A stretch of 64,000 nt of DNA, taken from assembly GCA_002390705.1 (NCBI GenBank), contig DGQA01000038.1, positions 9,185 to 73,184 on the forward strand. The letters run 5' to 3'. How positions within the stretch are numbered: the stretch's first letter is position 1; the number at the start of each line of letters is the position of its first letter. This DNA comes from Actinobacteria bacterium UBA4426 (GTDB lineage Bacteria > Actinomycetota > Actinomycetes > S36-B12). The position numbers were made by a program, and so were the translations under genes. This document shows positions 34,455-44,388 of the stretch, in pieces. Under the pieces are notes generated by a model. It ran no database searches and was not told the DNA's origin. It was given only the letters and a program-made list of their open reading frames with translations.

Positions 34455-34946
34455 CTAGCGCTTGCTGTACTGCGAAGCCTTACGGGCCTTCTTCAGACCG
34501 TACTTCTTACGCTCCTTGGCCCGTGGGTCGCGAGTGAGAAATCCCGCCTTTTTCAAACTAGCGCGGTTACCTTCGGTATCAATTGCGTTCAGTGAACGAG
34601 CGATACCTAGACGAAGTGCTCCAGCTTGACCACTGGTGCCGCCTCCGTGCAGACGAGCAATGACATCGAACCGGCCTGGAGCACCAAGGGTAACAAATGG
34701 CTCGTTCACAATTTGCTGGTGAACCTTGTTCGGGAAATAGGAGGCGAGATCGCGACCATTAATCTTGAACTGTCCGGTTCCGGGAACAATACGGACGCGG
34801 GCAACGGCTTCCTTGCGGCGGCCAGTTGCAGCACCCGGTGCGATCACGACGTCGCGGTTAACAACCGGCTTTGCGCTTTCACTGGTGTACTCCGAGGGAA
34901 CTTCTTCCACTTCTTCTTCAACTACGTCAATAGCAACTTCAGACAC
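34455..34946 (-). CDS. rpsI: 30S ribosomal protein S9
   Basis: 163 aa. [19 protein letters not shown] and C-terminal [11 protein letters not shown]. Has an acidic N-terminal extension. Confidence 0.97.
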   Translation of the reverse strand: MSEVAIDVVEEEVEEVPSEYTSESAKPVVNRDVVIAPGAATGRRKEAVARVRIVPGTGQFKINGRDLASYFPNKVHQQIVNEPFVTLGAPGRFDVIARLHGGGTSGQAGALRLGIARSLNAIDTEGNRASLKKAGFLTRDPRAKERKKYGLKKARKASQYSKR

Positions 34947-34964
34947 GTAAATCTCTCCTTAGCG

Positions 34965-35408
34965 CTACTGCGCAACCTGGGTAATGACAAATGGCTTGGG
35001 CTCTTGGGCGGCGTGCGGGTGGTTATCCCCCACATATATTTTCAACTTGGTCAACTGCTGGCGACCCAGTTTATTATGAGGGAGCATTCCCTTAACTGCC
35101 TTCTCAACCGCCTTCGTTGGGTGTGACTCCAACAACTCGGCGTAGGTGATAGCCGTAAGACCACCAGGGTAACCCGAGTGGCGGTAGGCCTTTTTCTGCT
35201 CACGCTTCGAACCGGTGAGGGCAACTTTGTCGGCATTAATAATGACAACAAAATCACCCGTGTCCATATGTGGTGCAAAGGTGGCCTTGTGCTTTCCGCG
35301 AAGCAATGCCGCGGTGTGACTGGCGAGCCGTCCGAGAACAATGTCGGTGGCGTCAATTACGTGCCAAGTGCGAATGATCTCGCCGGCTTTGGGACTATAT
35401 GTGCGCAT
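34965..35408 (-). CDS. rplM: 50S ribosomal protein L13
   Basis: 147 aa. [16 protein letters not shown]...LRGKHK is canonical L13. Upstream of rpsI. Confidence 0.97.
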   Translation of the reverse strand: MRTYSPKAGEIIRTWHVIDATDIVLGRLASHTAALLRGKHKATFAPHMDTGDFVVIINADKVALTGSKREQKKAYRHSGYPGGLTAITYAELLESHPTKAVEKAVKGMLPHNKLGRQQLTKLKIYVGDNHPHAAQEPKPFVITQVAQ

Positions 35409-35595
35409 GGGGCGCTACCTTGCTTTCTCGTAGGGACTCGGACTCTGCACCTACCGGTTGATAGGCCGTACTGGGCACCTTCCCGGGCGTCCAGGCTGCA
35501 ACACGCACAGCGACCCCAAAGGATACCCGTCCACAGAAGCGGCCACCGAATCCCCCCTGATCAACGGTGTATTTCCCCACAAAAAACCAAAAAAA

Positions 35596-36252
35596 CTACG
35601 AGGGACGCGGTGGCTGGGACGCCAGCCACGATTTAAAAGAGGCATCCTGTTCCTTCCGCCACTGCTCCACCAAGTGTCCGAATTCACCCGATTCACTGAT
35701 GAACAGTTGCGGATATCGCGCTTGCTGAGCCAACATTAATAGGCCAGTGATCCGGGCATCAGCAAGAGCTCCATGCCAATCGGCTTCATTGAGTTCTAAC
35801 CCGTATCGAGCCACTGTGGGTTGCAAGCGACGCTGAGCCTTGCCCTTCACATATTTATCCATGTGCTTGTCAATTACGTAGGGGCAAATGTCTACCACAC
35901 CCAAAAGCGGCTGATAGCCCACCCGCTCAAGATTTGAATCAAGAATCATTCGATCAAATTGGGAGTTAAAGCACACTACCGGTAGTTTGCTTGACACAAG
36001 GTATTCACGAATTTCCCCAAGAGCTTCAACTTGTACAAGGCCCTGGACCTGACTCATCTGATCGGTGATTCCATGCACAGCACTGGCTGCTTGTGGAATC
36101 TGCACATCGACTTTGATCAGCCATTCGCGCGAGGACACTTCAACACCGTCACGAAACTCCACCGCAGCGGCGCTCACAATTCGGTCTGCACTTACCTCAA
36201 CACCCGTCGTCTCCGTGTCAAATGCAATAAAGCCGTCATCTACCCAAGACAT
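35596..36252 (-). CDS. DEDDh-type 3'-5' exonuclease (DnaQ-like domain)
   Basis: 218 aa. Exo I FDTETTG, Exo II FNSQFD, Exo III HGALADA. Confidence 0.8.
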   Translation of the reverse strand: MSWVDDGFIAFDTETTGVEVSADRIVSAAAVEFRDGVEVSSREWLIKVDVQIPQAASAVHGITDQMSQVQGLVQVEALGEIREYLVSSKLPVVCFNSQFDRMILDSNLERVGYQPLLGVVDICPYVIDKHMDKYVKGKAQRRLQPTVARYGLELNEADWHGALADARITGLLMLAQQARYPQLFISESGEFGHLVEQWRKEQDASFKSWLASQPPRPS

Positions 36253-36316
36253 TTAACTCCTCCAATTCAGGGTCAGTAAGTCATTTCCATCAGACATTGG
36301 GAACATGATTCTCCAT

Positions 36317-36637
36317 TCACGACAGCGTGATCCACACTTTTCGCAGGGGCTCCGTGATCGACCATACGGTTTTCGCGCCCATGGGCAGCATCCCAACGGT
36401 TCCGGGTTCAAGCAAGATCTGGCCACCCTGATCGCAGGTCACAGTTCCTCGCCCGGATAGCACCACAAATACCTCCTCCACCTCCGTGTCGGTCGAAGTG
36501 CCGACCGAGTGTTCCCACACGCCAACTTCAATATCACCCTCTGTGTCAAGGGCGCTCACTCCTGTACTCACGCCTTCATGTGCGGGTAATTCAGCATGCT
36601 GCACGGGGGTGCTCCTGGCCAAATATCCACGGATCAT
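36317..36637 (-). CDS. Cupin-domain protein (EutQ/DUF861-like)
   Basis: 106 aa, small beta-barrel pattern (EEVFVVLSGRGTVTCD...G). No further assignment possible. Confidence 0.5.
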   Translation of the reverse strand: MIRGYLARSTPVQHAELPAHEGVSTGVSALDTEGDIEVGVWEHSVGTSTDTEVEEVFVVLSGRGTVTCDQGGQILLEPGTVGMLPMGAKTVWSITEPLRKVWITLS

Positions 36638-36722
36638 GATCCAACATTACGACAAGACCGCCACATTTCGCGCTTCTCACCTGCAGCCGGCTCGGCGATG
36701 TCAGTCACACATGGAGAAGTAT

Positions 36723-37520
36723 TCAGCCCCGCCGAGCCCTAGTTTCACTTTGGCGGGCGAATAATTCTTTATCCGGTGGATAACCCACTCGTTCAAGGAC
36801 AAGCGGGAACGCTTGCATTGTCTGAATGTGAGAGATTTTGGATTCTTGGCTCAAGAGATGTTGTGTCCAGGTGACGGGCCTGCGACCATCACCGATTGGC
36901 AAAAGCGCTCCCACAATGCTGCGGACCATGGAATAACAGAAGGCATCAGCTCTAATTGTCATAACAACGTAATTATCTTTATTGCGGTGCCATTCGAGTC
37001 TTTGGACTTCCCTGATTGTGGTCGTTTTAGGTTTTTCTTTGCAGAAAGCAAAAAAGTCGTGTACCCCAATCAGGCATTGGCTTGCCTCATTAAGTTTGTC
37101 GATGTCAAGGGAGACTGGCCACGCAAAGACCTCATGACGGTGAAGTGGGGTTGGACCGGTGGGGTCATCGCAAATTGTGTAGGTGTACTCGCGCCACAGG
37201 GCCGAGAAGCGTGCATCAAAACCGTAAGGTGCTTCCTCTATTTTGTGAATTCGAATGTCACCCGGCAACGCCTTATTAATTCGCTCGGCGGTCAGTTTGT
37301 TCATTTGCGGGTGATTGCGGGCGATATCAAAATGGAACACCTGTGCGCGAGCATGGACGCCGGCATCTGTGCGTCCGGCAACAATCGTCGGTAAGTCAAG
37401 TTGGTGAATCAGCGCACCGATTGTGTTTTCAATTTCAGATTGAACCGAGCGGGCATCCATTTGACAGGCCCAACCGTGAAAACCGGAACCGTCGTAGGCC
37501 AGGTAGACACGCAGACGAAT
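36723..37520 (-). CDS. truA: tRNA pseudouridine(38-40) synthase TruA (non-canonical start inferred)
   Basis: Catalytic GRTDAGVHA is present. The conserved N-terminal RLRVYLAYDGSGFHGW is encoded in frame upstream of the first ATG (37460). There is no ATG, GTG or TTG between it and the in-frame rplQ stop. ATT at 37520 (or CTG at 37523) follows a GGGGA Shine-Dalgarno-like element. Confidence 0.75.
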   Translation of the reverse strand: MRLRVYLAYDGSGFHGWACQMDARSVQSEIENTIGALIHQLDLPTIVAGRTDAGVHARAQVFHFDIARNHPQMNKLTAERINKALPGDIRIHKIEEAPYGFDARFSALWREYTYTICDDPTGPTPLHRHEVFAWPVSLDIDKLNEASQCLIGVHDFFAFCKEKPKTTTIREVQRLEWHRNKDNYVVMTIRADAFCYSMVRSIVGALLPIGDGRRPVTWTQHLLSQESKISHIQTMQAFPLVLERVGYPPDKELFARQSETRARRG

Positions 37521-37580
37521 CAGCCCGTCCCCGGGTAAACCGAGAACGGGCTGATCAATTTCGTGTTGCGAACTCAGGAC

Positions 37581-38138
37581 TTACTCCTTGGGCTCTGCTT
37601 CTTCGCCTGCAGCAACTTCTTCTTCGCCTTCGGTATTTACCGGTTCGCCCGTTTCCTCTTCGAGGACTTCCTCGGTGACTGGTGTGATTTCTTCAATGAC
37701 CGTGGTGTCTTCGCTTTTCGCGGCTAATTCCTTAACAGCGCGCTTGGTGGCACCCGTTGCTTCAGCGACGACCGCCTCAGCCATTGGCTCAACCATTTCG
37801 ATGATCGCCATGGGGGCGTTGTCGCCCTTACGGTTACCAATCTTGATGATTCTGGTGTAGCCACCTTGGCGGCCCGCGTAACTGGGGCCAATCTCCGTGA
37901 ATAACGTGTGCACAACACCCTTGTCCTTCACTACGGTGAGAACACGACGGCGTGCCGAAATGTCTCCACGCTTTGCAAAGGTAACCATGCGCTCAGCGAG
38001 TGGCCGAAGCCGCTTCGCCTTCGCATGGGTGGTGGTGATGCGCCCGTGCTCAAAGAGCGCGGTTGCTAGATTGCCCAGCATGAGCCTCTCGTGAGCCGGT
38101 CCTCCGCCGAAGCGGGAACCTTTTGTTGGCGTAGGCAT
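37581..38138 (-). CDS. rplQ: 50S ribosomal protein L17 with acidic C-terminal extension
   Basis: 185 aa. The N-terminal ~120 aa are canonical L17 ([18 protein letters not shown]). The tail is Glu-rich. Confidence 0.97.
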   Translation of the reverse strand: MPTPTKGSRFGGGPAHERLMLGNLATALFEHGRITTTHAKAKRLRPLAERMVTFAKRGDISARRRVLTVVKDKGVVHTLFTEIGPSYAGRQGGYTRIIKIGNRKGDNAPMAIIEMVEPMAEAVVAEATGATKRAVKELAAKSEDTTVIEEITPVTEEVLEEETGEPVNTEGEEEVAAGEEAEPKE

Positions 38139-38191
38139 CTTGTCTCCTTATTGATCTCGGTGAGTCAGTAATTCGTGAAGCGCTGCGGCTC

Positions 38192-39259
38192 TTAGAGCTG
38201 CTCGTCCTCGGGGTAGGCATCTTCTGTGACGGTCTCAATAACGTCCGGGACTTCTTCGGGGTCGACATCCATATCGACATCGGTGTCATCGAAGTACACA
38301 GCTGTAGAGGGATCAAACCCTGGAGGGCTGTCCTTAAGCGCGAGACCAAGACCATGCAGCTTCACTTTAATCTCCTCGATTGACTTAGCGCCAAAGTTAC
38401 GGATATCAAGCAAATCAGCCTCACTGCGCGTGATGAGCTCCCCAACGGTGTGGATGCCTTCGCGCTTAAGACAGTTATAGGAACGCACGGTCATGTCGAG
38501 CTGCTCAATTGGAGTTGAGAGTTGCTCGGCCACAAATGCATCCGTTGGGCTTGGACCAATGTCAATACCTTCTGCGTCAACATTCATCTCACGAGCAAGG
38601 CCAAAGAGCTCAACCAATGTGGAACCAGCAGATGCCACGGCATCGCGTGGCAACATGCATGGCTTGGTCTCAACATCGATGATCAACTTGTCGAAGTCGG
38701 TACGCTGCTCAACACGGGTAGCCTCAACCTTGTAACTCACTTTTAGTACGGGTGAGTAGATCGAGTCAACCGGAATCCGGCCGATCTCTTGCTCTGGATG
38801 CTTGTTCATAGTTGAAGGCACGTAACCGCGACCACGCTCAACGACGAGTTCGATCTCGAGCTTGCCCTTGTCATTGAGTGTTGCAAGATGAAGCTCGGGA
38901 TTGTGAACTTCCACGCCCGCTGGTGGCTGAATATCAGCCGCGGTGACGCTCCCGGGGCCCTGCTTGCGCAGGTACATGACAACTGGTTCGTCGATTTCAC
39001 TGGAAACCACAAGGCCCTTGAGGTTCAAAATGATTTCGGTGACATCTTCTTTGATTCCATCGATAGTGCTGAACTCATGTAGAACCCCATCAATACGGAT
39101 GCTGGTGACAGACGCACCCGGGATCGAGGAGAGCAATGTTCGACGAAGTGAGTTGCCAAGGGTGTAACCAAAGCCCGGCTCAAGGGGTTCCAACACAAAA
39201 CGTGAACGGAACTCGCTGATTGGTTCTTCGGTCAGAATTGGACGCTGACTAATGAGCAC
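38192..39259 (-). CDS. rpoA: DNA-directed RNA polymerase subunit alpha
   Basis: 355 aa. [19 protein letters not shown]-terminal domain and a C-terminal domain with [17 protein letters not shown]. Acidic C-terminal tail. Confidence 0.98.
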   Translation of the reverse strand: MLISQRPILTEEPISEFRSRFVLEPLEPGFGYTLGNSLRRTLLSSIPGASVTSIRIDGVLHEFSTIDGIKEDVTEIILNLKGLVVSSEIDEPVVMYLRKQGPGSVTAADIQPPAGVEVHNPELHLATLNDKGKLEIELVVERGRGYVPSTMNKHPEQEIGRIPVDSIYSPVLKVSYKVEATRVEQRTDFDKLIIDVETKPCMLPRDAVASAGSTLVELFGLAREMNVDAEGIDIGPSPTDAFVAEQLSTPIEQLDMTVRSYNCLKREGIHTVGELITRSEADLLDIRNFGAKSIEEIKVKLHGLGLALKDSPPGFDPSTAVYFDDTDVDMDVDPEEVPDVIETVTEDAYPEDEQL

Positions 39260-39336
39260 TTTTCATTTCCTTCCAGCGATACCCTCTATTTGATATCGCG
39301 TTTCTCGGCTCGATTCGAGTGAATCGAGAGTGGCTA

Positions 39337-39963
39337 CTACTTGGAGTACAACTCAACAATGAGCTGTTCGTTGACCTGGGTGTCAATGCCCTCGCGTGAC
39401 GGGATTGAGTGAACAAGGATGCGCATTTTTGATGGCACAACCTCAAGCCATGGTGGAACTGTCTTTTCCCCGATCTCAGCGTGAGCCACAATGAACGGAG
39501 TCATTTCCAGTGAACTGGGGCGAACGTCAACTACGTCATTAGGGGAAACCCGGAAGGACGGAATATCGACCTTTTGGCCGTTGACCATTAAGTGGCCGTG
39601 GGTTACCAACTGGCGAGCCATGTCGCGACTCTTTGCAAAACCAGCACGGAAGACCACATTGTCCAAGCGGCTTTCAAGGATTCGTAGCAAGTTTTCACCA
39701 GTTTTACCCGGCATGCGCTGTGCTTCTTTGTAGTAGTTAGAGAATTGCTTCTCTAGAACACCGTACATACGGGTTGCCTTCTGCTTCTCCCGAAGCTGCA
39801 ACAAGTACTCGCTCTCCTTTGACCGACCGCGGCCGTGTTGGCCGGGTGGGTAGGGGCGTTTTTCAAATGGGCACTTTGGTGACTCGCACTTTGATCCCTT
39901 AAGGAACAACTTCATTTTTTCGCGGCGGCACCGCTTGCAATCTGCGTCCGTATAACGCGCCAT
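39337..39963 (-). CDS. rpsD: 30S ribosomal protein S4
   Basis: 208 aa. MARYTDADCKRCRREKMKLFLKG zinc-ribbon-like N-terminus and an S4 RNA-binding domain. Confidence 0.98.
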   Translation of the reverse strand: MARYTDADCKRCRREKMKLFLKGSKCESPKCPFEKRPYPPGQHGRGRSKESEYLLQLREKQKATRMYGVLEKQFSNYYKEAQRMPGKTGENLLRILESRLDNVVFRAGFAKSRDMARQLVTHGHLMVNGQKVDIPSFRVSPNDVVDVRPSSLEMTPFIVAHAEIGEKTVPPWLEVVPSKMRILVHSIPSREGIDTQVNEQLIVELYSK

Positions 39964-40004
39964 TGTCTTCTCCTAATTTCTAAGTGTTATGAAAGGTCCG
40001 CGGA

Positions 40005-40403
40005 TTAAACGCGGCGACGCTTCTTTGGGCGGGTTCCGTTAAATGGCACTGGAGTTACGTCGGCAATTGAGCCAACTTCAAGGCCGGTTGCCTGTAGTGA
40101 GCGAATCGCAGTTTCGCGACCTGAACCCGGTCCTTTGACGAATACGTCAACCTTGCGCATGCCATGTTCCATTGCGCGACGTGCAGCAGCTTCAGCGGCG
40201 AGCTGCGCAGCAAATGGTGTTGACTTGCGACTGCCCTTAAAACCAACTTGGCCAGCTGATGCCCATGCAATTACAGCACCAGTCGGGTCAGTGATGGAAA
40301 CAATGGTGTTGTTAAACGTGCTCTTAATGTGAGCGTGACCATGGGCCACATTCTTTTTTTCCTTGCGCCGCACCTTCTTGGTGCCTGGACCTTTGGGGGC
40401 CAT
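40005..40403 (-). CDS. rpsK: 30S ribosomal protein S11
   Basis: 132 aa. [15 protein letters not shown]...[14 protein letters not shown] is canonical S11. Confidence 0.98.
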   Translation of the reverse strand: MAPKGPGTKKVRRKEKKNVAHGHAHIKSTFNNTIVSITDPTGAVIAWASAGQVGFKGSRKSTPFAAQLAAEAAARRAMEHGMRKVDVFVKGPGSGRETAIRSLQATGLEVGSIADVTPVPFNGTRPKKRRRV

Positions 40404-40464
40404 GTGTGATTCCTATTCTTTAGAGGTTTGAGGGTTTTTCTCGTGTGACAACGAGATCGTTCGC

Positions 40465-40836
40465 TTAGACCTTCTTCTTGCCGGCAACTGCCTTGCGTGG
40501 ACCCTTACGAGTGCGCGCGTTGGTATGGGTGCGTTGCCCGCGGACGGGAAGACCCTTGCGGTGACGAATTCCCTGATAGCAACCAATTTCAACCTTGCGG
40601 CGAATATTGGCTGCAACCTCGCGGCGCAGGTCACCTTCTACTTTCAGATTTAATTCGATCCAGTCGCGCAGAGCGAGTGTTTGATCGTCGGTCAGATCCT
40701 TTGATTTCATTTGCGGATCAATGCCAGTTGCTTCGAGGGCTTTTGCAGCCTGCGAGCGGCCAACACCGTAAACGTAGGTCAGCGCGATTGCCAGGCGTTT
40801 TTCGCGGGGCAAATCCACGCCAATAAGTCGTGCCAT
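40465..40836 (-). CDS. rpsM: 30S ribosomal protein S13
   Basis: 123 aa. [14 protein letters not shown]...[17 protein letters not shown] is canonical S13. Confidence 0.98.
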   Translation of the reverse strand: MARLIGVDLPREKRLAIALTYVYGVGRSQAAKALEATGIDPQMKSKDLTDDQTLALRDWIELNLKVEGDLRREVAANIRRKVEIGCYQGIRHRKGLPVRGQRTHTNARTRKGPRKAVAGKKKV

Positions 40837-41030
40837 GGGCGTACTCTCTTTTCAGTAGTTCACGGGGTCGTGTGGTGGGAGAGCCAATCCAGCCCGCCAA
40901 GGCTGGTCTTCGGCCCCGTGGCCGAAGGTGTCGTCCGGATCTCTTGATCCGGGGTCGGGTTCTCCCTGTACTTGGTGTTCGAGTTGTCTCTCCCGGTAAC
41001 ACCCCAGTGCTTTTAGGCTATTAAGCCTTT

Positions 41031-41144
41031 TTAGCCCTGGCGTTGCTTATGACGAACATTCTCGCAAATCACCATCACGCGACCGTGGCGACGAATGACC
41101 TTACATTTGTCGCAGATCTTTTTGACGCTGGGTTGCACCTTCAT
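41031..41144 (-). CDS. rpmJ: 50S ribosomal protein L36
   Basis: Hand translation gives [37 protein letters not shown] (37 aa, CxxC...C...H zinc form). Too short for the ORF track. Sits in the canonical position between infA and rpsM. Confidence 0.95.
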   Translation of the reverse strand: MKVQPSVKKICDKCKVIRRHGRVMVICENVRHKQRQG

Positions 41145-41180
41145 GGTTACTCTTTCTCGAGTTTCTATTGGAAACGGTTG

Positions 41181-41402
41181 TTACTTGTAACGATAAACAA
41201 TTCGGCCACGGGTGAGGTCATAGGGTGAAAGCTCAACCACAACGCGATCGTCCGGAAGAATTCGGATGTAGTGCATCCGCATCTTTCCACTGATGTGGGC
41301 GAGCACCTTGTGCCCGTTATCTAGCTCAACCCGAAACATTGCATTTGGCAGAGATTCGGTGATCATGCCCTCAAGCTCGATCGCGCCCTCTTTTTTAGCC
41401 AT
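41181..41402 (-). CDS. infA: Translation initiation factor IF-1
   Basis: 73 aa. [42 protein letters not shown] is canonical IF-1. Confidence 0.98.
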   Translation of the reverse strand: MAKKEGAIELEGMITESLPNAMFRVELDNGHKVLAHISGKMRMHYIRILPDDRVVVELSPYDLTRGRIVYRYK

Positions 41403-41684
41403 CTACTCCGCTTCCCTATGATTGCAGCCAGAAGTGATCACCACTTCAGCCGTCAGAGTCTACGCAAGAGCCCTACCGGCCCGAGCGTTGGGGTCAATTG
41501 CCATATGGGTTGGCGACTCTAGGCGAAATTGCGCCAAATGTACCTATTTGACACTCGCCCCGCCCCACCCCAGATCGACCAGACCCCATTGCCGCCATTT
41601 TCAGCTGGAAAATTTTTGGTGGGTGATCAGGATTCGATCTCCCACTGACATTTACCGGCGAAATGATGGCGCACTTAATTTGAG

Positions 41685-42458
41685 TTAACGGATGGTAAGA
41701 ATTTGCGGACCCGAATCTGTGATCGCGATGGTGTGCTCCCAATGGGATGCCCAATTGCGATCCGTTGTTACCACCGTCCAATTATCCGCCAAGGTAACAA
41801 CCTCAGGGGATCCGATCGTGACCATTGGTTCGAGGGCCAAGACCATGCCCACTTTAAGCTCAATTCCGTCCCCTGCTCTGCCGTAATTGGGGACCGGTGG
41901 GTACATATGCATCTCGGTGCCAATTCCGTGACCAACGTAGTCCTCAACGATGCCGTAATTACCCGCATTTTGAATCACCGTCTGAATTGCGTTACCAATA
42001 TCTCCCATGCGGTTGCCCGCCACTGTGGCTTTGATTCCAGCGTCAAGTGCAGCTCGTGTTACATCAGAAAGTTTTTGAATCGTTGCATGCGGGTTCGTTG
42101 ATGCGATTATCGAAATTGCGGCATCTCCATGCCACCCTTCCACGATTGCACCACAGTCGATTGAGATCAAATCACCTTCGGAAATCACTTTGTCACCGGG
42201 TATTCCGTGCACGACTTCTTCGTTTATGGAGGTACAGATCACGGCTGGGAAGCCGTAGTAGCCCAGAAATGACGGTGTCGCACCGGAATTGAATATGCAC
42301 TCGCGAGCGATAGCATCGAGATCGCCAGTGGTCATTCCCGGACTTACATTAATCCGCAATGTTTCCAAAGTCTCGGCAACCACCTTGCCAGCGATGCGCA
42401 TGCATCCGATTTGCGCGGGCGTCTTAAGTTGAACTCGCTCTTTTTTACGAAACCCCAT
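41685..42458 (-). CDS. map: Type I methionine aminopeptidase
   Basis: 257 aa. Pita-bread fold metal ligands in conserved context (ISIDCGA, GHGIG, LEPMV, EHT). Confidence 0.95.
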   Translation of the reverse strand: MGFRKKERVQLKTPAQIGCMRIAGKVVAETLETLRINVSPGMTTGDLDAIARECIFNSGATPSFLGYYGFPAVICTSINEEVVHGIPGDKVISEGDLISIDCGAIVEGWHGDAAISIIASTNPHATIQKLSDVTRAALDAGIKATVAGNRMGDIGNAIQTVIQNAGNYGIVEDYVGHGIGTEMHMYPPVPNYGRAGDGIELKVGMVLALEPMVTIGSPEVVTLADNWTVVTTDRNWASHWEHTIAITDSGPQILTIR

Positions 42459-42466
42459 GTTGTCGG

Positions 42467-43030
42467 TTAGGAGTTAACCATTGACAGGATTGCGGTTGTG
42501 ACCGCGTCAATATCGCCCAGTCCATCAACTTGTACAAGTAGTCCACGATCTTGATACACCTCAACCAGGGAGACGGTTTGTTCCGCATACACCTCAAGTC
42601 GGCGCCTTAATACTTCCTCAGTGTCGTCGGTGCGGCCTTGCTCGGCGGAACGTTTTACCAAACGGGCAACAACTACGTCCACATCTACTGTCAATTCAAT
42701 TACGTGATCAATTTTCGATTTTTCTGCACTGAGCATTGCATCTAGCTCTGCCACTTGCTCAACCGTTCGCGGGTAGCCATCGAGAATGAAACCCGGACGG
42801 GCGTCCTCATGGGTTAAGCGATCGCGGACCATCGCATTAGTGACACCGTCAGGTACGTACTCACCAGCGTCCATGTAGGACTGTGCTTCGATCCCTAGCG
42901 GAGTGCCCGCGCTGACATTGGCGCGGAAAATATCTCCCGTTGAGATATGAGGGATGCCCAGTTGCATGGACAGCAGAGCCGCTTGGGTCCCTTTGCCCGC
43001 CCCCGGTGGGCCCATGAAAACTATGCGCAT
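42467..43030 (-). CDS. adk: Adenylate kinase
   Basis: 187 aa. P-loop GPPGAGKGTQ and ILDGYPRT. Short LID, with no zinc CxxC. Confidence 0.96.
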   Translation of the reverse strand: MRIVFMGPPGAGKGTQAALLSMQLGIPHISTGDIFRANVSAGTPLGIEAQSYMDAGEYVPDGVTNAMVRDRLTHEDARPGFILDGYPRTVEQVAELDAMLSAEKSKIDHVIELTVDVDVVVARLVKRSAEQGRTDDTEEVLRRRLEVYAEQTVSLVEVYQDRGLLVQVDGLGDIDAVTTAILSMVNS

Positions 43031-43077
43031 ACGACGAAATCCTAGTGGAGCGCTAACCCTAGAGCCAGCCCACTTCC

Positions 43078-44376
43078 CTACTTAAGAAAACCCTCATAAT
43101 TACGCTGCTGCAATTGGGCTTGAATCTGTTTGACCGTGTCAAGTCCGACGCCCACCATGATCAATAGCGATGTACCGCCGAAGATGAACTGCGTTGATAC
43201 ACCCAAGAAATCGAATGCAAACACCGGCACAATTGCGATCATGCCCAGATACAGCGAGCCCGGAGCAGTTAATCGGGTAAGAACGTAGTCCAGGTACTCA
43301 GCGGTGGGACGACCAGCCCGGATACCAGGAATGAAGCCGCCGTACTTCTTCATATTGTCGGCAACCTCAGTCGGATTAAAGGTAATCGATACGTAGAAGT
43401 AGCAGAAGAACACAATCAATAAGAAGTAGGTTGCCAAATAGACGCTTCCACTTCCTGTTCCATAATTCTGCTGCAGCCACTGTGCCCAACCGGATTGGCT
43501 TCCCGAAAGCTGAACAAACAGGGTTGGCAGGAACAGTAGAGAGGAGGCGAAAATGACTGGGATAACACCAGCCATGTTGACCTTGAGCGGGATGTAGGTA
43601 GAGGTTCCGCCATACATTCGCCTGCCCACCATGCGCTTTGCGTACTGCACGGGAATACGACGCTGCGCTTGCTCGACAAACACAACAAAGGTAATTACTA
43701 GTAGGCCGACAAGTAGCGTGATGGTGAAAGTAAATGCCCCACGACTGCTGAGAATATTGACGAACTGGGCGGGAATGACCGCAATGATTGAAGTGAAGAT
43801 CAGCACGGACATGCCGTTACCCACGCCGCGTTCGGTGATCAACTCACCAAACCACATAATGACGGCCGTTCCCGCAGTCATGACGGTGATCATGACGAGC
43901 ATCACCCAAATGGCTTGGTTGGGAATAATTTCTTCATTACAGCCTTGGAACAGGGATCCGGGCGATCGAGCCAAAGAAAGAATTGCCGTTGATTGCAAGA
44001 TCGCAAGTCCGATGGTGACGAAGCGGGTGTACTGGGTGATCTTTGCTTGTCCGGCGTTGCCGTCAGCTTTGAGCATTTCCAGCCGAGGGATTACCACCGT
44101 GAGCAGTTGCAAAATGATGCTGGCCGTGATGTAAGGCATGATGCCGAGAGCAAAAACTGAAAGTTGGAGGAGTGCTCCACCACTAAAGAGATTGATCAGC
44201 GCGTAAACAGAGTTGTCCTGGACTACGTCGATGCACCGCTGGATCGCCGAGTAGTCAACGCCAGGGGTCGGCAACACCGAACCTAGACGATAGATCGCGA
44301 GTAACCCAAGAGTGAACAGAATCTTCTTGCGAAGATCCGGTGTACGCAGGGCATCCCTGAACGCACTGATGTGCAT
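43078..44376 (-). CDS. secY: Preprotein translocase subunit SecY
   Basis: 432 aa, 10-TM profile. RTPDLRKKILFTLGLLAIYRLG N-terminus. Position between rplO and adk. Confidence 0.97.
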   Translation of the reverse strand: MHISAFRDALRTPDLRKKILFTLGLLAIYRLGSVLPTPGVDYSAIQRCIDVVQDNSVYALINLFSGGALLQLSVFALGIMPYITASIILQLLTVVIPRLEMLKADGNAGQAKITQYTRFVTIGLAILQSTAILSLARSPGSLFQGCNEEIIPNQAIWVMLVMITVMTAGTAVIMWFGELITERGVGNGMSVLIFTSIIAVIPAQFVNILSSRGAFTFTITLLVGLLVITFVVFVEQAQRRIPVQYAKRMVGRRMYGGTSTYIPLKVNMAGVIPVIFASSLLFLPTLFVQLSGSQSGWAQWLQQNYGTGSGSVYLATYFLLIVFFCYFYVSITFNPTEVADNMKKYGGFIPGIRAGRPTAEYLDYVLTRLTAPGSLYLGMIAIVPVFAFDFLGVSTQFIFGGTSLLIMVGVGLDTVKQIQAQLQQRNYEGFLK

Positions 44377-44388
44377 TTGGCCTCCTGC

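Noticed and set aside
41625-41660. A tRNA-like T-arm-looking string (caggattcgatctccc).
   Set aside because: The flanking bases do not pair into a T stem, and no acceptor, D or anticodon arms can be drawn. I found no tRNA or rRNA gene anywhere in the window.
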